Virus record (IMG/VR): IMGVR_UViG_3300022181_000002
Span: 1 to 45,370 of that record
Source: a virus
Lineage: Duplodnaviria > Caudoviricetes
Reading direction: 5' to 3' (one strand)
Length of the DNA stretch: 45,370 bases
Part shown: positions 7,129-16,929 of the stretch, piece by piece
How the letters are laid out: every line of letters starts with the position of its first letter
Position numbering within the stretch: position 1 is the stretch's first letter
Program-made: the position numbers and the translations under genes
The notes under the pieces: model-generated
Seen by the model: the letters and a program-made list of their open reading frames with translations, nothing else
Database searches by the model: none
Told to the model about the DNA's origin: nothing

Positions 7129-10100
7129 TTACTTCTTCCGCTTAATCCCTCTCGCATTTAAAATCGTATCTTTGGCCCTGTCGCTTGCATCGGATATTAT
7201 CCCGTTCATCTTTTTAACCATCGTTGCTGCATCCCCGGTTACATTTAATTTTGCTATTTGTTGTCTTGCGTAATCCCCGGCTATTTGCTGATAGATTGCG
7301 TATTCATTAGGGGTTAGGTCTATGCGTTCGCTCTTTTTGCCCCCTGCTGGAGTATAAGTAATATACCTTTGTTTGACCGGGGGGAGCACCGCATTTTCAC
7401 CGGATAAATTGTAAATGTCCAATACCTTTTGAGCTTCAGGCATCGGGTTATACCGGTTCACAAACGCCGGATTAATAAGAGCATTGAAAGGGTTGTTTTC
7501 TGTCAATCCACTGCCTTCCTGGTAAGTCTTTAGAGGCTGCCCAAAGGTGCCGTATTGTTGCGGTAATGTTTCGGATAGCCCAGGTATTTTGTTAATTGCT
7601 TTGTTTTTTGTTTCGGCAAAATAATCCGGGCTGTATGTTGAGCGTTTATCATTGTCCATCAGTTGCTTAATCTGGTTAAATAGTGTGGGCACGAACGACG
7701 CTGGGACGCCTTGAAGGGCATTGGCAAGTCCAGCGAATAAATCATTATATCCGGTTATTTGCATAAGACCAGATATTACCGGCTGCTCGGCGAAGGCGTT
7801 TATACCAGTCGATAGTCCATTTATTAATAGCGAAGGCATACCAGCTAAATTTCCCACGATCCCTTTCTTCTGGTTTTTGTTCTTATCAATGTCCGCACCC
7901 ATGGCAAGGCCTATGGAATTAGGTTGAAACCAGTCATAAGACACGGTGATATCCCCGGATCTCAATTTCGCCTCATTTGGATTAAAGCCACTGGCAATAA
8001 ATCTTTTTAGTCCAGAAACATTAATGCGATACTGCCCAAATCCGGCCTGAGTTTTCAGATTTTCAACATCCCTGTCTTCATCTGGCCCGCCAGTTATTAT
8101 GCCAAGCTCATGAAGTATCGCTCCGGTTCCTACTAAAGCGGTACTACCGACGAGTGCCCGGCTGGTTACTTCTACAAAAGCCTTCTGGTTAAATTCGCGC
8201 CCAAATAAAGGCCGGCCTAATTCAATGACAGATTTAATAAACCCGGCAGGTGAATACTCAATGCCTCTCATGAGCAAATTAGCAGGTGTTTTTGGATACT
8301 TCAGTACAAAGTCGCCAAGGCCAAAGCCTTTGCCCAAGTTGAGTGCGTTTTTAACCTTTGTAAAGGCTTGGGCTGCTAAACTATCATCCTGGAATGTACG
8401 ATAAAGAGCATCATGGTGAGCCTGTTCCTCCATGGCTTTCATTTCCCTCGGCGCCTTTGATTTTGCGGCTGCTGCTATTTGCTGTCGTAGACTTTCATTG
8501 TAAGCCGCCTGGTAAAAGGCTCTATCCGGTACCCTTAGTTCGTAATTCATAGCCTTTTCAAGCTTTGATAATGGTCCTCTTGTAAACACCCTTTGAGTAG
8601 GTATATCAAACTTGCCTGCTCCCATATTGCTTGTATCAATACCTAAGTTTGCGTCCCTGATGCCCTTCTTGCCGCCCTCAATAAACCCTTTGCTTTGCGT
8701 TATCAACGAAGGGAAAACTTTGGTTCTGTTTTTGGTTGCGCCGCTTATAAGTTTATCAATCCCGCTTCCCACAACGTCGCTAAGATTATCCATCACACCA
8801 AAACCCAGGTTGCCAATGATATTCCTGGTTGCAGTTTTAAGATTAAGCAGCTGCATCATCGTTTGGAATGTTGCTATCTTTTTACCAACACTAGGCGGCA
8901 CCTGTTCGGCAATTATTCCTAAGGCTTGTTGTACTTTTACGTTTTTGGCGTCACCTTCGAGTTTTTCAGCTTCTTTCATGTATTGTAATATCTTGTTGGC
9001 CGCATCTTCGTCCAGTTTTATAGGCTTCTTGACACCCTTTTTAAGCAGTTCCTGGTTGGCCCGGGCGATAACTTTCTGCCCATAAGTAAGCATTCCTTCA
9101 GGGGTAAGCTTACCCCACATAGAAAGGGCCTGGATAGCTTGACCTGCTTCAGTGGCTTTCTTCGCCAGAGCTTCGGTAATATCTACCGCAAGGTTAATGT
9201 CTCCTGAATTATTGGCTGCTTTAACCAGCATAAGCCCAGCGGTATTATCTACCCTATCTGATGCCCAGCTCTCGTCAAGTATTCTTCTGACTACCGCGCC
9301 GGGGTCTTTCGCTAAAGCCGCCTGGGCGTCAGCAATCGTCTGTTTATTGGTTATAGGATCGTAGGCCCCTATTTCATTGGGGGCTATATCCTGCGCCAGC
9401 CTGTCAACATATTCAGGGCTTGCCCACGGAGAGTTAGCCGCCGACACATCCAGGGAACGAGGCTTTTGCCCGTTTTCAAAAGGAACCCCTTTAACTATCG
9501 GTACTTCCTGACCCTGGTATCTCAAGACGGTCTGTGCGGACTGCGGCACCCCCGGGCGCGGTGCCGGCGCATTTAACTCCGCCCTGGTTATCGGCACTTC
9601 CTGTCCGCCAAACTTTACAGAAGTCTGCCCAGTTTTCTTCAATTCCCGGGCCTTGTACCATACGTCGCCCAGAAGCTTTTCGCTATAGGACCGGTTAAAG
9701 GCTTCGGGGAAATCCTTCTCCATCAATTTCAGCCAGTGAGAGTATCCGCCCTTATAAACATGCTCGGCTCCTTTAATAATCATAGAGCGAACATCATCCA
9801 CCGGCGAGGTAGAACCTTGTTCGGAGAACTTGAAAGCCATGTCACGCTTTGCAGCTATTTCAGTTGGACGGCTAACTTTGCCGGCTTTCATATCGGCCAA
9901 ATAGCCTCCATACTCGTCGGCTAGGCGGTTGCGCATTATCTCGACGTCACGTAGGTACGGAAGGATTGTCATATCCTCGCCTATCGCTTGCCGGAACCGG
10001 TTTATAAGGCTATCCAGGGCATCCAATAAAGGCTTTAACAGTTCGGGGCTTTGCTGACGTACCCTGGCCCAGAAGGAACTATCCATCATGCTCTCGGCCA

Positions 10101-12507
10101 TGGCATCAGCGGTAAGCTCACGGTGTAATTGTTCCGGAGTATAGCCCTGCCGCTTGTAGTGGGCGCTCAAGCCCTCGCTGTCGGCTATATGCTCCCTGGC
10201 TATGGCCTCCAGCCTTGAATACACCTCCGGGGAGCGGGTTTGTAAATCGTGCGTTAGTTCATGCCCGGCGACGTATAGCAGGGGTTGTTTTGATTCAGCA
10301 TTAAGCCATATGTTTTGACCATCGCTTGCCCCGTGAACATCTTCCCTGCCTTTAAAAGGTATAACTTCGCGGCCAGATAATGACTTTGATAAATTATTTG
10401 CCGCAACAAACTCGGGGTTTTGCATGGCTTCAGGGGCGTGTTTAACTTTGCCGGTTTTTATTAACCCAAAAAAGTGGCTGTCAGCAACCTCTTTATTAAG
10501 GGTCTTAATTTCACGGGGTTGGAGCTTTAAGTCAGATCCCTGTCCGCCGTTGCCTTTTGTTATATCAGGTGGTATATTTTCAGTAAGGGCATCTGCTCCC
10601 TCTCCGGGACGAGTACGCATAGGCCCGGATTGCGTAGTTCCGAGCAAGCCATCACCCTTGCCGGTTACATCGGATGCCCTTTTGCTATTTTCCCATCCTG
10701 TTAATAACCACGTTTCTTTATTTAAATCCCGGTATAATGACAACACTGCGGTATGCCCGTCATGGGTTATATTTACCCTGGTCCAACCTTCCGGGCCATA
10801 GAAAGGCCCGCGTTCTCCCCTGGCAATTACATCCACCATTTTTCTTGCAACTTGTTCCCCGTTGAATCCCTGTTTGTTTCGCCCCTCAATAATATGTCTT
10901 ACTCCGCTCTTTGAATCACCCCAATAAAAAGAGATATCTCCAAGATCGGGCCTGTACATTGCATTTAGGGCATCGGCTTGGCTTCCTATTACTTTGTCCA
11001 TCGCGGCTTGCCCGGACGCGATGTTTTTAATTGTTAATTCTTCGTCAAACCCGCTCCGTTTTAGATTTATGGTTTGTCTCGGCACGTTTGCCACCTCGGC
11101 CATGCGGGTTCTTTCAGCAGCATAGCCCGGGTCTGCTTCCATCCGGTAGAGGTTATCCAGATCGTAACCCTTTTTCCTGGCTAAATCTCTGGCCAGGCCG
11201 TATAGATCGGCTTTCCGCTGGTTCGCTATGTCCTGGGCCAGGCTAGACAGTTGAGCGTATTTCATGCGCCGTATTTCATTCTTACTGATCGCGCCGTCCA
11301 GGCCGTCATAGATATAGCCCACCAGAACCTTGCTGCGCTCCCTGGGCGGGGTGATTAGTTCCTGTATTTCGGGTCGAAGTTCTTCCATCAACTCATAATA
11401 GGTTTTAGGCTTAGGACCAGTATACCTGCCAACCTCGCCGGCGTTAAAAGACAGATCAACATCGGCTAACCCCGCAACCGGTTTTTTATTTGTGATAGTA
11501 TCCGGGCCCAAAGTGCTCCGAAGGGCCGATTGTATTTCTTGAGGCGTAGCCGACCGGCCAGCCGGGTTATATAGGGCGCCGCCTGCTTCTTCTCCAGAAA
11601 CATCTGCTAAATCCAGGTAATCAAAACTCTCTGAAGCTTGGACCGGGGCTTTGGCGCCTCTGCCTTTAACTGCGCTTGCCGCTTTGCCCAGTCCTTTAAA
11701 CGCCAGGTTCGGCGCCATCCACATAGCTGCAAACTCCGGGAGGCTTTCACGTTCTTCGGCCGTTTTGGGGGTTTGTGTTATCGCATAGTTTTCAAGCATG
11801 AGAGCCGCATCACCAGCAAGGTATTTAGCAGCCGCATTTTCAGCCAGTTTAGGCGCAACTTTGGTCAATGCCCGTTCCCCTACTCCAACTGCACCGGCCC
11901 CCGTTAAAATAGAAGGCAAAAACTCTCCAAAAACGCCCAGTGTTTTTTCAAGATTGGTATCTTTTAAGCCAAGTAATTCATTGGCGGCAGGCTCTATTTT
12001 CTGATCCCAATATTGGTCCATTGCCCTAGCTGTCGGAGTTAAGTTTGTGCCGGTAGACTTTAGATTAAAGTGATCTTTTATAATTATTCCTGGCAGACCG
12101 CCCATCATGGGATTGGTGTCAAAGTTTTCTGCCGCTAGTATCCCCAAGCCTTTAATGGCCCCCTTGGCCGAAGAAATGGGCAACCGCCAGGCTTTGCCTG
12201 CGTCCCATTCCCCGGTATCAGAGACCATCTCCTTCGCTACTTCCCCAACCACTCCCAGCTTCTCCCCCAAAGTCAACTTAGCTGGAGTCTTAGCCGCCTC
12301 AATCATGGTATTGGCTATATCAATACCTTTATTAGCCAACGTTGCGTTTTGGCGAATGGTTTCAATAGCTCGTATCTTCTCCTCGTCAGTTGTTCCATCT
12401 GCCCAATCAAAGGAGTCGAATAGGGCCTGTTGCTGCTGTTGCCTTATTTCTTCCGTTCTGTCAGGGATACCGTATTTAGCCATTACTTCTTGTAAATATT
12501 TGCCCAT
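7129..12507 (-). CDS. Large polyvalent virion/ejection protein with PBECR-type nuclease and zincin metallopeptidase domains
   Basis: 1792 aa, last structural gene. PBECR1-like segment (AMYRPDLGDISFYWG..GVRHII..WLLTGWE, ~10690-11010); HELTH plus ELTAD zincin (~10090-10320); helical LPD38-like C-terminus. Confidence 0.85.
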   Translation of the reverse strand: MGKYLQEVMAKYGIPDRTEEIRQQQQQALFDSFDWADGTTDEEKIRAIETIRQNATLANKGIDIANTMIEAAKTPAKLTLGEKLGVVGEVAKEMVSDTGEWDAGKAWRLPISSAKGAIKGLGILAAENFDTNPMMGGLPGIIIKDHFNLKSTGTNLTPTARAMDQYWDQKIEPAANELLGLKDTNLEKTLGVFGEFLPSILTGAGAVGVGERALTKVAPKLAENAAAKYLAGDAALMLENYAITQTPKTAEERESLPEFAAMWMAPNLAFKGLGKAASAVKGRGAKAPVQASESFDYLDLADVSGEEAGGALYNPAGRSATPQEIQSALRSTLGPDTITNKKPVAGLADVDLSFNAGEVGRYTGPKPKTYYELMEELRPEIQELITPPRERSKVLVGYIYDGLDGAISKNEIRRMKYAQLSSLAQDIANQRKADLYGLARDLARKKGYDLDNLYRMEADPGYAAERTRMAEVANVPRQTINLKRSGFDEELTIKNIASGQAAMDKVIGSQADALNAMYRPDLGDISFYWGDSKSGVRHIIEGRNKQGFNGEQVARKMVDVIARGERGPFYGPEGWTRVNITHDGHTAVLSLYRDLNKETWLLTGWENSKRASDVTGKGDGLLGTTQSGPMRTRPGEGADALTENIPPDITKGNGGQGSDLKLQPREIKTLNKEVADSHFFGLIKTGKVKHAPEAMQNPEFVAANNLSKSLSGREVIPFKGREDVHGASDGQNIWLNAESKQPLLYVAGHELTHDLQTRSPEVYSRLEAIAREHIADSEGLSAHYKRQGYTPEQLHRELTADAMAESMMDSSFWARVRQQSPELLKPLLDALDSLINRFRQAIGEDMTILPYLRDVEIMRNRLADEYGGYLADMKAGKVSRPTEIAAKRDMAFKFSEQGSTSPVDDVRSMIIKGAEHVYKGGYSHWLKLMEKDFPEAFNRSYSEKLLGDVWYKARELKKTGQTSVKFGGQEVPITRAELNAPAPRPGVPQSAQTVLRYQGQEVPIVKGVPFENGQKPRSLDVSAANSPWASPEYVDRLAQDIAPNEIGAYDPITNKQTIADAQAALAKDPGAVVRRILDESWASDRVDNTAGLMLVKAANNSGDINLAVDITEALAKKATEAGQAIQALSMWGKLTPEGMLTYGQKVIARANQELLKKGVKKPIKLDEDAANKILQYMKEAEKLEGDAKNVKVQQALGIIAEQVPPSVGKKIATFQTMMQLLNLKTATRNIIGNLGFGVMDNLSDVVGSGIDKLISGATKNRTKVFPSLITQSKGFIEGGKKGIRDANLGIDTSNMGAGKFDIPTQRVFTRGPLSKLEKAMNYELRVPDRAFYQAAYNESLRQQIAAAAKSKAPREMKAMEEQAHHDALYRTFQDDSLAAQAFTKVKNALNLGKGFGLGDFVLKYPKTPANLLMRGIEYSPAGFIKSVIELGRPLFGREFNQKAFVEVTSRALVGSTALVGTGAILHELGIITGGPDEDRDVENLKTQAGFGQYRINVSGLKRFIASGFNPNEAKLRSGDITVSYDWFQPNSIGLAMGADIDKNKNQKKGIVGNLAGMPSLLINGLSTGINAFAEQPVISGLMQITGYNDLFAGLANALQGVPASFVPTLFNQIKQLMDNDKRSTYSPDYFAETKNKAINKIPGLSETLPQQYGTFGQPLKTYQEGSGLTENNPFNALINPAFVNRYNPMPEAQKVLDIYNLSGENAVLPPVKQRYITYTPAGGKKSERIDLTPNEYAIYQQIAGDYARQQIAKLNVTGDAATMVKKMNGIISDASDRAKDTILNARGIKRKK
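10550..10578 (+). promoter_or_regulatory. Antisense sigma-A promoter inside the polyvalent gene
   Basis: TTGCCT (10550-55), 17-bp spacer ending TGG, TATATT (10573-78): extended -10. Confidence 0.7.
10585..10691 (+). ncRNA. Putative ~100-nt structured RNA (candidate antitoxin for the PBECR nuclease domain)
   Basis: Closing stem 10585-95/10671-81; TCCGGG/CCCGGA; TACGCA/TGCGTA; GCAAG/CTTGC; T-rich tail; predicted +1 coincides with the first stem base. Confidence 0.6.
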
Positions 12508-12519
12508 ATTGCACCCCCT

Positions 12520-13512
12520 TTAAGAAGAACTATTATCATAATTAGTGGTGTTGTTTATCAACGCAAGCACTCTCGCTTTATCGGTAGCGCTTATCCGATC
12601 CCATGCCCCGGCCACTTGGGCTTCATAAATTGATTGAGCCATATATTGCGAAAGGTAGTTTTTGTCTCCTCCATTGTTAATTAAATACAGTTTTTTATTC
12701 TGCATATCGGCAATAATGCCATCTGCCAGCTCTTTGCTTATTTTTGATGATGAAGCGCTGCCGCCCCCGCTGCCTCTCGACAAAGAAGCGTTATACTTTG
12801 CCAATGCCAATTCATTCTCAAATTGCTGCTGCGCCATGGTGTCGGCATACTTCTGCTCATTATAGGTCCGCTCCCAGGACGGCATGCCGGCCTGCGTCAT
12901 TCTACCCGCGGTCAGTGAGCCATCAGCGCCGCCAGAGCCCCAGCCGGCTTGCTGCCGTAAAGCCTCGTTCGCCTGGTGATACATATTTGCCAGTTCATAA
13001 TTACCGGCATCATAGGCTTGTTTCCACAAGGCCCCATTGAGATTTAATTTCCAAGACGGATCATCTAAAGACGATGCCGGGATTAAGCCTTGCGCCGTCA
13101 GTTGCGTATTCAAGTTGGATAAATCATACTGTTTTTGCTGGCTCTCCCGCGTAAGTTTATCCTGGTTGGCCTGATAATCAAGCTGCTTCAGCTTCAGCAT
13201 ATCTTCCCAGTTGCCTAAATCCAGCTGGTAGCGCTGCAAAACGTCGCTGGCCTTTTGATTCTGTTCCTCATCCCATAACCTGCGGGAATTGAGATTCTTG
13301 GTCCAGGTCCAGTTCTCCGTCCCCGCCGGCCGCTCGTTTATTGGTACGGTTGGATTAAATTCCTGCCTGGTATACGGCGTATACGTGGGCCGGTAAGGGA
13401 GTAGGGATGAAAAATCCCCGCTCTGGCTTGTCGTAGTATCTGCCGGCGCCGGGAGCAGGGAAGCATTTCTTTTGTTTATAATCGCTTGCGCCATTGCGTT
13501 AATATCCGCCAC
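12520..13512 (-). CDS. Putative internal virion/DNA ejection protein
   Basis: Q/A-rich helical protein between the tail fibre and the polyvalent protein; GGGGAGGTG RBS before GTG 13512. Confidence 0.65.
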   Translation of the reverse strand: MADINAMAQAIINKRNASLLPAPADTTTSQSGDFSSLLPYRPTYTPYTRQEFNPTVPINERPAGTENWTWTKNLNSRRLWDEEQNQKASDVLQRYQLDLGNWEDMLKLKQLDYQANQDKLTRESQQKQYDLSNLNTQLTAQGLIPASSLDDPSWKLNLNGALWKQAYDAGNYELANMYHQANEALRQQAGWGSGGADGSLTAGRMTQAGMPSWERTYNEQKYADTMAQQQFENELALAKYNASLSRGSGGGSASSSKISKELADGIIADMQNKKLYLINNGGDKNYLSQYMAQSIYEAQVAGAWDRISATDKARVLALINNTTNYDNSSS

Positions 13513-14410
13513 CTGCCACACCTCCCCGGAATTGCTGGTAGAGTTCAAAACGTTCTGCTGGCGTCATTTGCGCCATAAATTCTGTACTCAGACCAGCATT
13601 CATCAAATTTTGATCAATGCTCGACACCTGCCCGGTATGCGTGGGGGCTGAACCCACCCAGGGCGTTATTGAGTAATTGCCCGGCAACAAATTGTCGTAT
13701 TCTTTTGGCATTTCCAGCATATTTGCTTCGTACCAGTTCTTGGTGTTCTCGTAAGCTTTCGCATTTACTGCCGCCTGAGTCCGCCCTTTATCTGCATCCA
13801 CTCTTTGAAGCGCCGCCTGCGCCAGCTGTTGCACCGTGGGGCTTACGGGAAGGCTTTGCCCTTGCGGATTTGTCAATGTAGCATTGTGCGCCGCTTGCTG
13901 GCTCCATATCATAGGGTTGCTGTTTGTATAGCCAGCGGTTCGGATGTCCTTGCCTATATTGCTTAAATTGGTGCTATCGGTGACTATCTGATTCCCTGCG
14001 CCCCACAAAGCGCTCCAGGCCGGCTGCCAATTTGACGCGCCAAAGTTAACCGCTGTAGGGTTGCCCTGCGCGTCGTAATAATAGGCGTCGCCAAACTGCA
14101 ATAAGTCTTTCGATGTTGGCTTAAGGCTCGGCAGCAAGGCTGAAGAAACCTTGTCGTTTTTTGTCTGCTGCGAAGTCTGCCCACTCTGAAGGCTGGCCGG
14201 CATCAGCGAAGAATATTGCGAGGCATAGGGGCTGCCATAATCCACATTAGCATGCGACACGCCACCGGAATCGTTGAAATAATCGTACCCGCTTTGCCCG
14301 GTTGCTGCCGAAGCCGCATTATAAGCGTCGGCATAACTGCCCCCATTTGCCATAGCGTCAGCAAAAGCTGCCGCATAACCACTTAACCCGACTGCATCAC
14401 TCCATCCCAT
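13499..14410 (-). CDS. Putative internal virion/DNA ejection protein
   Basis: G/A/S/Q-rich; position in the operon; GGAGGGGGTG RBS. Confidence 0.65.
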   Translation of the reverse strand: MGWSDAVGLSGYAAAFADAMANGGSYADAYNAASAATGQSGYDYFNDSGGVSHANVDYGSPYASQYSSLMPASLQSGQTSQQTKNDKVSSALLPSLKPTSKDLLQFGDAYYYDAQGNPTAVNFGASNWQPAWSALWGAGNQIVTDSTNLSNIGKDIRTAGYTNSNPMIWSQQAAHNATLTNPQGQSLPVSPTVQQLAQAALQRVDADKGRTQAAVNAKAYENTKNWYEANMLEMPKEYDNLLPGNYSITPWVGSAPTHTGQVSSIDQNLMNAGLSTEFMAQMTPAERFELYQQFRGGVAGGGY

Positions 14411-14424
14411 ATTTCACCCCTCCC

Positions 14425-15042
14425 TTAAGAAAACATGGAATTAATCCAAGTTGATACGCCCGAAGGCAGGGCGGCATTACCGCTGTTCTCCAGATAGCTG
14501 GCCAAGATAGCAGCCGCCAGCTGGTTGGTATTGAGCTTGCTGGATAGTATAGGGGATCCGTTATATGTCCCGGTTAGGCCGGCCTCTGCAAACTGGTTAG
14601 AAAGCCTGCTGTTAACCAAATCTGATAACTGGCTCACCTGGGTATTGGCTTGATTCTGATGCATCTGTTGTTCGTTCAGTCCCAGGTTGGCCAGGGAAGG
14701 GGCTGCACTCATAGCCGCACTAACGAGGTTGCCGTAAGCCGTGGCCTTCTGCTGGTTGCCGTAGTTTTGCAGGCCGATTGTGCGGTTAATGCCTACGCCT
14801 CCCCGGTTCTGTCCAGTAGAGGCCAGGTATTCATTAAGCCCCCGTTGGCTATTGTAGGTGTTCTGGTCAATCTGATCGTTTGTCGCCTTCAGCGTCGGGG
14901 CCATGCTGGAAAGATAGTTCTGCGCTATCTGCCCTGCGTAATTGGCATCCTGGTACTTGGGTGTGCCGAGAGTATTGGAAGCCGAAGTAATCTTACTTTG
15001 TAAGGTTGTATAATCGTTTGTCGGATCATAATACGTTGCCAA
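14425..15042 (-). CDS. Putative DNA ejection/pilot protein
   Basis: N/Q/A-rich, with LASTGQNRGG and AEAGLTGTYNG motifs of the kind seen in podoviral ejection proteins. Confidence 0.65.
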   Translation of the reverse strand: MATYYDPTNDYTTLQSKITSASNTLGTPKYQDANYAGQIAQNYLSSMAPTLKATNDQIDQNTYNSQRGLNEYLASTGQNRGGVGINRTIGLQNYGNQQKATAYGNLVSAAMSAAPSLANLGLNEQQMHQNQANTQVSQLSDLVNSRLSNQFAEAGLTGTYNGSPILSSKLNTNQLAAAILASYLENSGNAALPSGVSTWINSMFS

Positions 15043-15065
15043 AGGGACTTCCCCCTTTCTTCAAT

Positions 15066-15088
15066 AAAAAAGACCCCCTCAGGGTCTT
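15066..15088 (-). terminator. Intrinsic terminator within the late operon
   Basis: AAGACCC/GGGTCTT stem with a T-run on the minus strand. Confidence 0.7.
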
Positions 15089-15097
15089 CGTGTTTTG

Positions 15098-15208
15098 TTA
15101 TTCAGCAAGTGCGTCCCGGTATTCCTGAAGCTTAATTTGCTCTACGGGTATTTCGCCAGATGCAATTTTTCGTTTCAGGATAGCCAGCAATATAGGATTT
15201 ACGGTCAT
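15098..15208 (-). CDS. 36-aa XkdX-like small protein MTVNPILLAILKRKIASGEIPVEQIKLQEYRDALAE
   Basis: Manual translation; GGAGGTG RBS; TGATG overlap with the upstream gene; typical position after the tail-fibre chaperone. Confidence 0.7.
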   Translation of the reverse strand: MTVNPILLAILKRKIASGEIPVEQIKLQEYRDALAE

Positions 15209-15510
15209 CAGATCACACCTCCCAATTGAAGGACCAACAATTCAAGATCATTAATTCTTTGGGCATAATCGTCCGCTTTCTCTTCTAGCGACAGTTGCCG
15301 CGCGATCTCGTTTCCCTCATGGATAAACACGCCATCAACATAGGTATCGCCGATGGTTACAAAATACATGTCAGTACAAACCGCTAAATCATACCCCAAC
15401 TGTTCAGCCAAATTATTGGCAGTTAATGCGCTATCGAATAGACATATATTATCAACAACACCGTTTTTGATCATTGCATAACGAGACGTATAAAACTGTT
15501 CACCTGCCAT
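15208..15510 (-). CDS. Tail-fibre-associated/chaperone protein
   Basis: YAMIKNGVVDNI...IGDTYVDGVF motif with a coiled-coil end; AGGAGGT RBS; follows the fibre gene. Confidence 0.7.
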   Translation of the reverse strand: MAGEQFYTSRYAMIKNGVVDNICLFDSALTANNLAEQLGYDLAVCTDMYFVTIGDTYVDGVFIHEGNEIARQLSLEEKADDYAQRINDLELLVLQLGGVI

Positions 15511-15524
15511 TACACTTACCTCCT

Positions 15525-16928
15525 TTACCACCAAATATAAACCAAGCCTTGGGAGCCAGGGCCACCAGCGTACGATGCATAAGCACCCCCGCCACCAGCT
15601 CCATAACCGCTAGCAGCGTTGCCGGGTCCGGCCGAAGTTCTGTAAGCTCCCCCTGTACCAGTCAGTGAATTGGCTCCGCGATTCGCGGGGCTATGACCGG
15701 TTGTATTTGCGGCTCCGCCAAAAGAGTTGTTCCCGTAAGTAGCACCCGATGCAGCAGGATACGCATCCACACCGCCATAACCACCTGCGCCATCATTACT
15801 TCCATTGGCACCACCAACGCCGCCCCCAACGCTAATCAAAGAACCAACCGAACTCGCTCCACCTTGACCAGGATATCCACTTGGATAAGATGCACCAGCA
15901 CCAGCAGCACCAACTGTTACCGCATACTGTGTTCCAGGCGTTACAGCAACAATTTTAATCCCGTAATAACCACTGGCCCCGCCTCCACCTGGGTACGATG
16001 TGTCCCACCCACGACCTCCGCCGCCTCCACCACCAACACATAGTATGAATATAAGAGTGACTCCAGTTGGGACAGTAAAAGTACCTCCTGAAGTGAAGGC
16101 TTGGGAGCCGTGTGCGGGTGCTGCGTCCAAGGAACCTGCCACGCCAAATAGATTCACACCCGATTTGATATTGCTAGCAATCAAATCCGAATCCCCGGCT
16201 ACCGTCCCTCCTATAGTGTATCCTGCCGGGATGCTTTGATTGGTAGTTGTTGGGGTATATGTTCCCAAGCCCCCATTATTAGCCATAGTGCCTGTGACTT
16301 TTGTTTTTGCGTCCGTGCCATAAAAGGTTTTGCCGCTTAAAACGTTTGCGGCAACCGCATCCCCGGTTAAGCTTAATGTCCCGGTTATTTTGGTTTCCGG
16401 GTCATTGTTATAAAAAGTCTTGCCGGACAAAACATCTCCTGCCGTTGCGTCACCTGATAATATACTCCCCCCTTCACCCAACAATTGAAAATTTTCAGCT
16501 GACGCATTATATCGAACACCCACAATGGTATTCGCCTTCAGCTTTCCGGCAGTTAAAGCAATACCCTTTCCATCCACAATTGCCTTTACTCCTTTGTCGT
16601 CCCAATTGAGTGTAGAAGCTCCCGTATTATCCGCGTGAATATCCAGATAAACGCTTACTCCGTCAACCAGGGCCGGCAGCGCGGGAATCGTTGAAACAGT
16701 GTAGGCATTTGCCGAACCGGCGGTGGGGCCAAACCCAGGATTGCGGACATAATCCGTAGACTCCACCATTGCGGGTATTATTGTATTATTTATATAGTCC
16801 CTTATTTGGTTGGGGATGCTTTGGACTTGAGCCCTGGCTGCTCCAGCTGCAGGATTGGGAAATGAATTGGTGTCTTCAAATCCTGTTGCCGGTGTAAATG
16901 CAAAAGGTGATATAGTCAACTTATCCAC
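15525..16928 (-). CDS. Tail fibre / receptor-binding protein
   Basis: Tandem GDAxAxxVLSGKTFY repeats, GDSDLIASNIKSGVNLFGV, and a glycine-rich C-terminal domain (FTVPTGVT...GGGGGGG). Confidence 0.85.
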   Translation of the reverse strand: MDKLTISPFAFTPATGFEDTNSFPNPAAGAARAQVQSIPNQIRDYINNTIIPAMVESTDYVRNPGFGPTAGSANAYTVSTIPALPALVDGVSVYLDIHADNTGASTLNWDDKGVKAIVDGKGIALTAGKLKANTIVGVRYNASAENFQLLGEGGSILSGDATAGDVLSGKTFYNNDPETKITGTLSLTGDAVAANVLSGKTFYGTDAKTKVTGTMANNGGLGTYTPTTTNQSIPAGYTIGGTVAGDSDLIASNIKSGVNLFGVAGSLDAAPAHGSQAFTSGGTFTVPTGVTLIFILCVGGGGGGGRGWDTSYPGGGGASGYYGIKIVAVTPGTQYAVTVGAAGAGASYPSGYPGQGGASSVGSLISVGGGVGGANGSNDGAGGYGGVDAYPAASGATYGNNSFGGAANTTGHSPANRGANSLTGTGGAYRTSAGPGNAASGYGAGGGGAYASYAGGPGSQGLVYIWW

Positions 16929-16929
16929 C

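Noticed and set aside
10424-10865. + strand ORFs 10424-10801 and 10674-10865 as protein immunity genes for the nuclease
   Set aside because: No RBS, shadow-like composition; the first starts upstream of the antisense promoter and the second starts inside the closing stem
15525-16928. Diversity-generating retroelement or invertible tail-fibre cassette
   Set aside because: No reverse transcriptase, invertase or template-repeat copy seen; the repeats are ordinary fibre repeats and Gly codons
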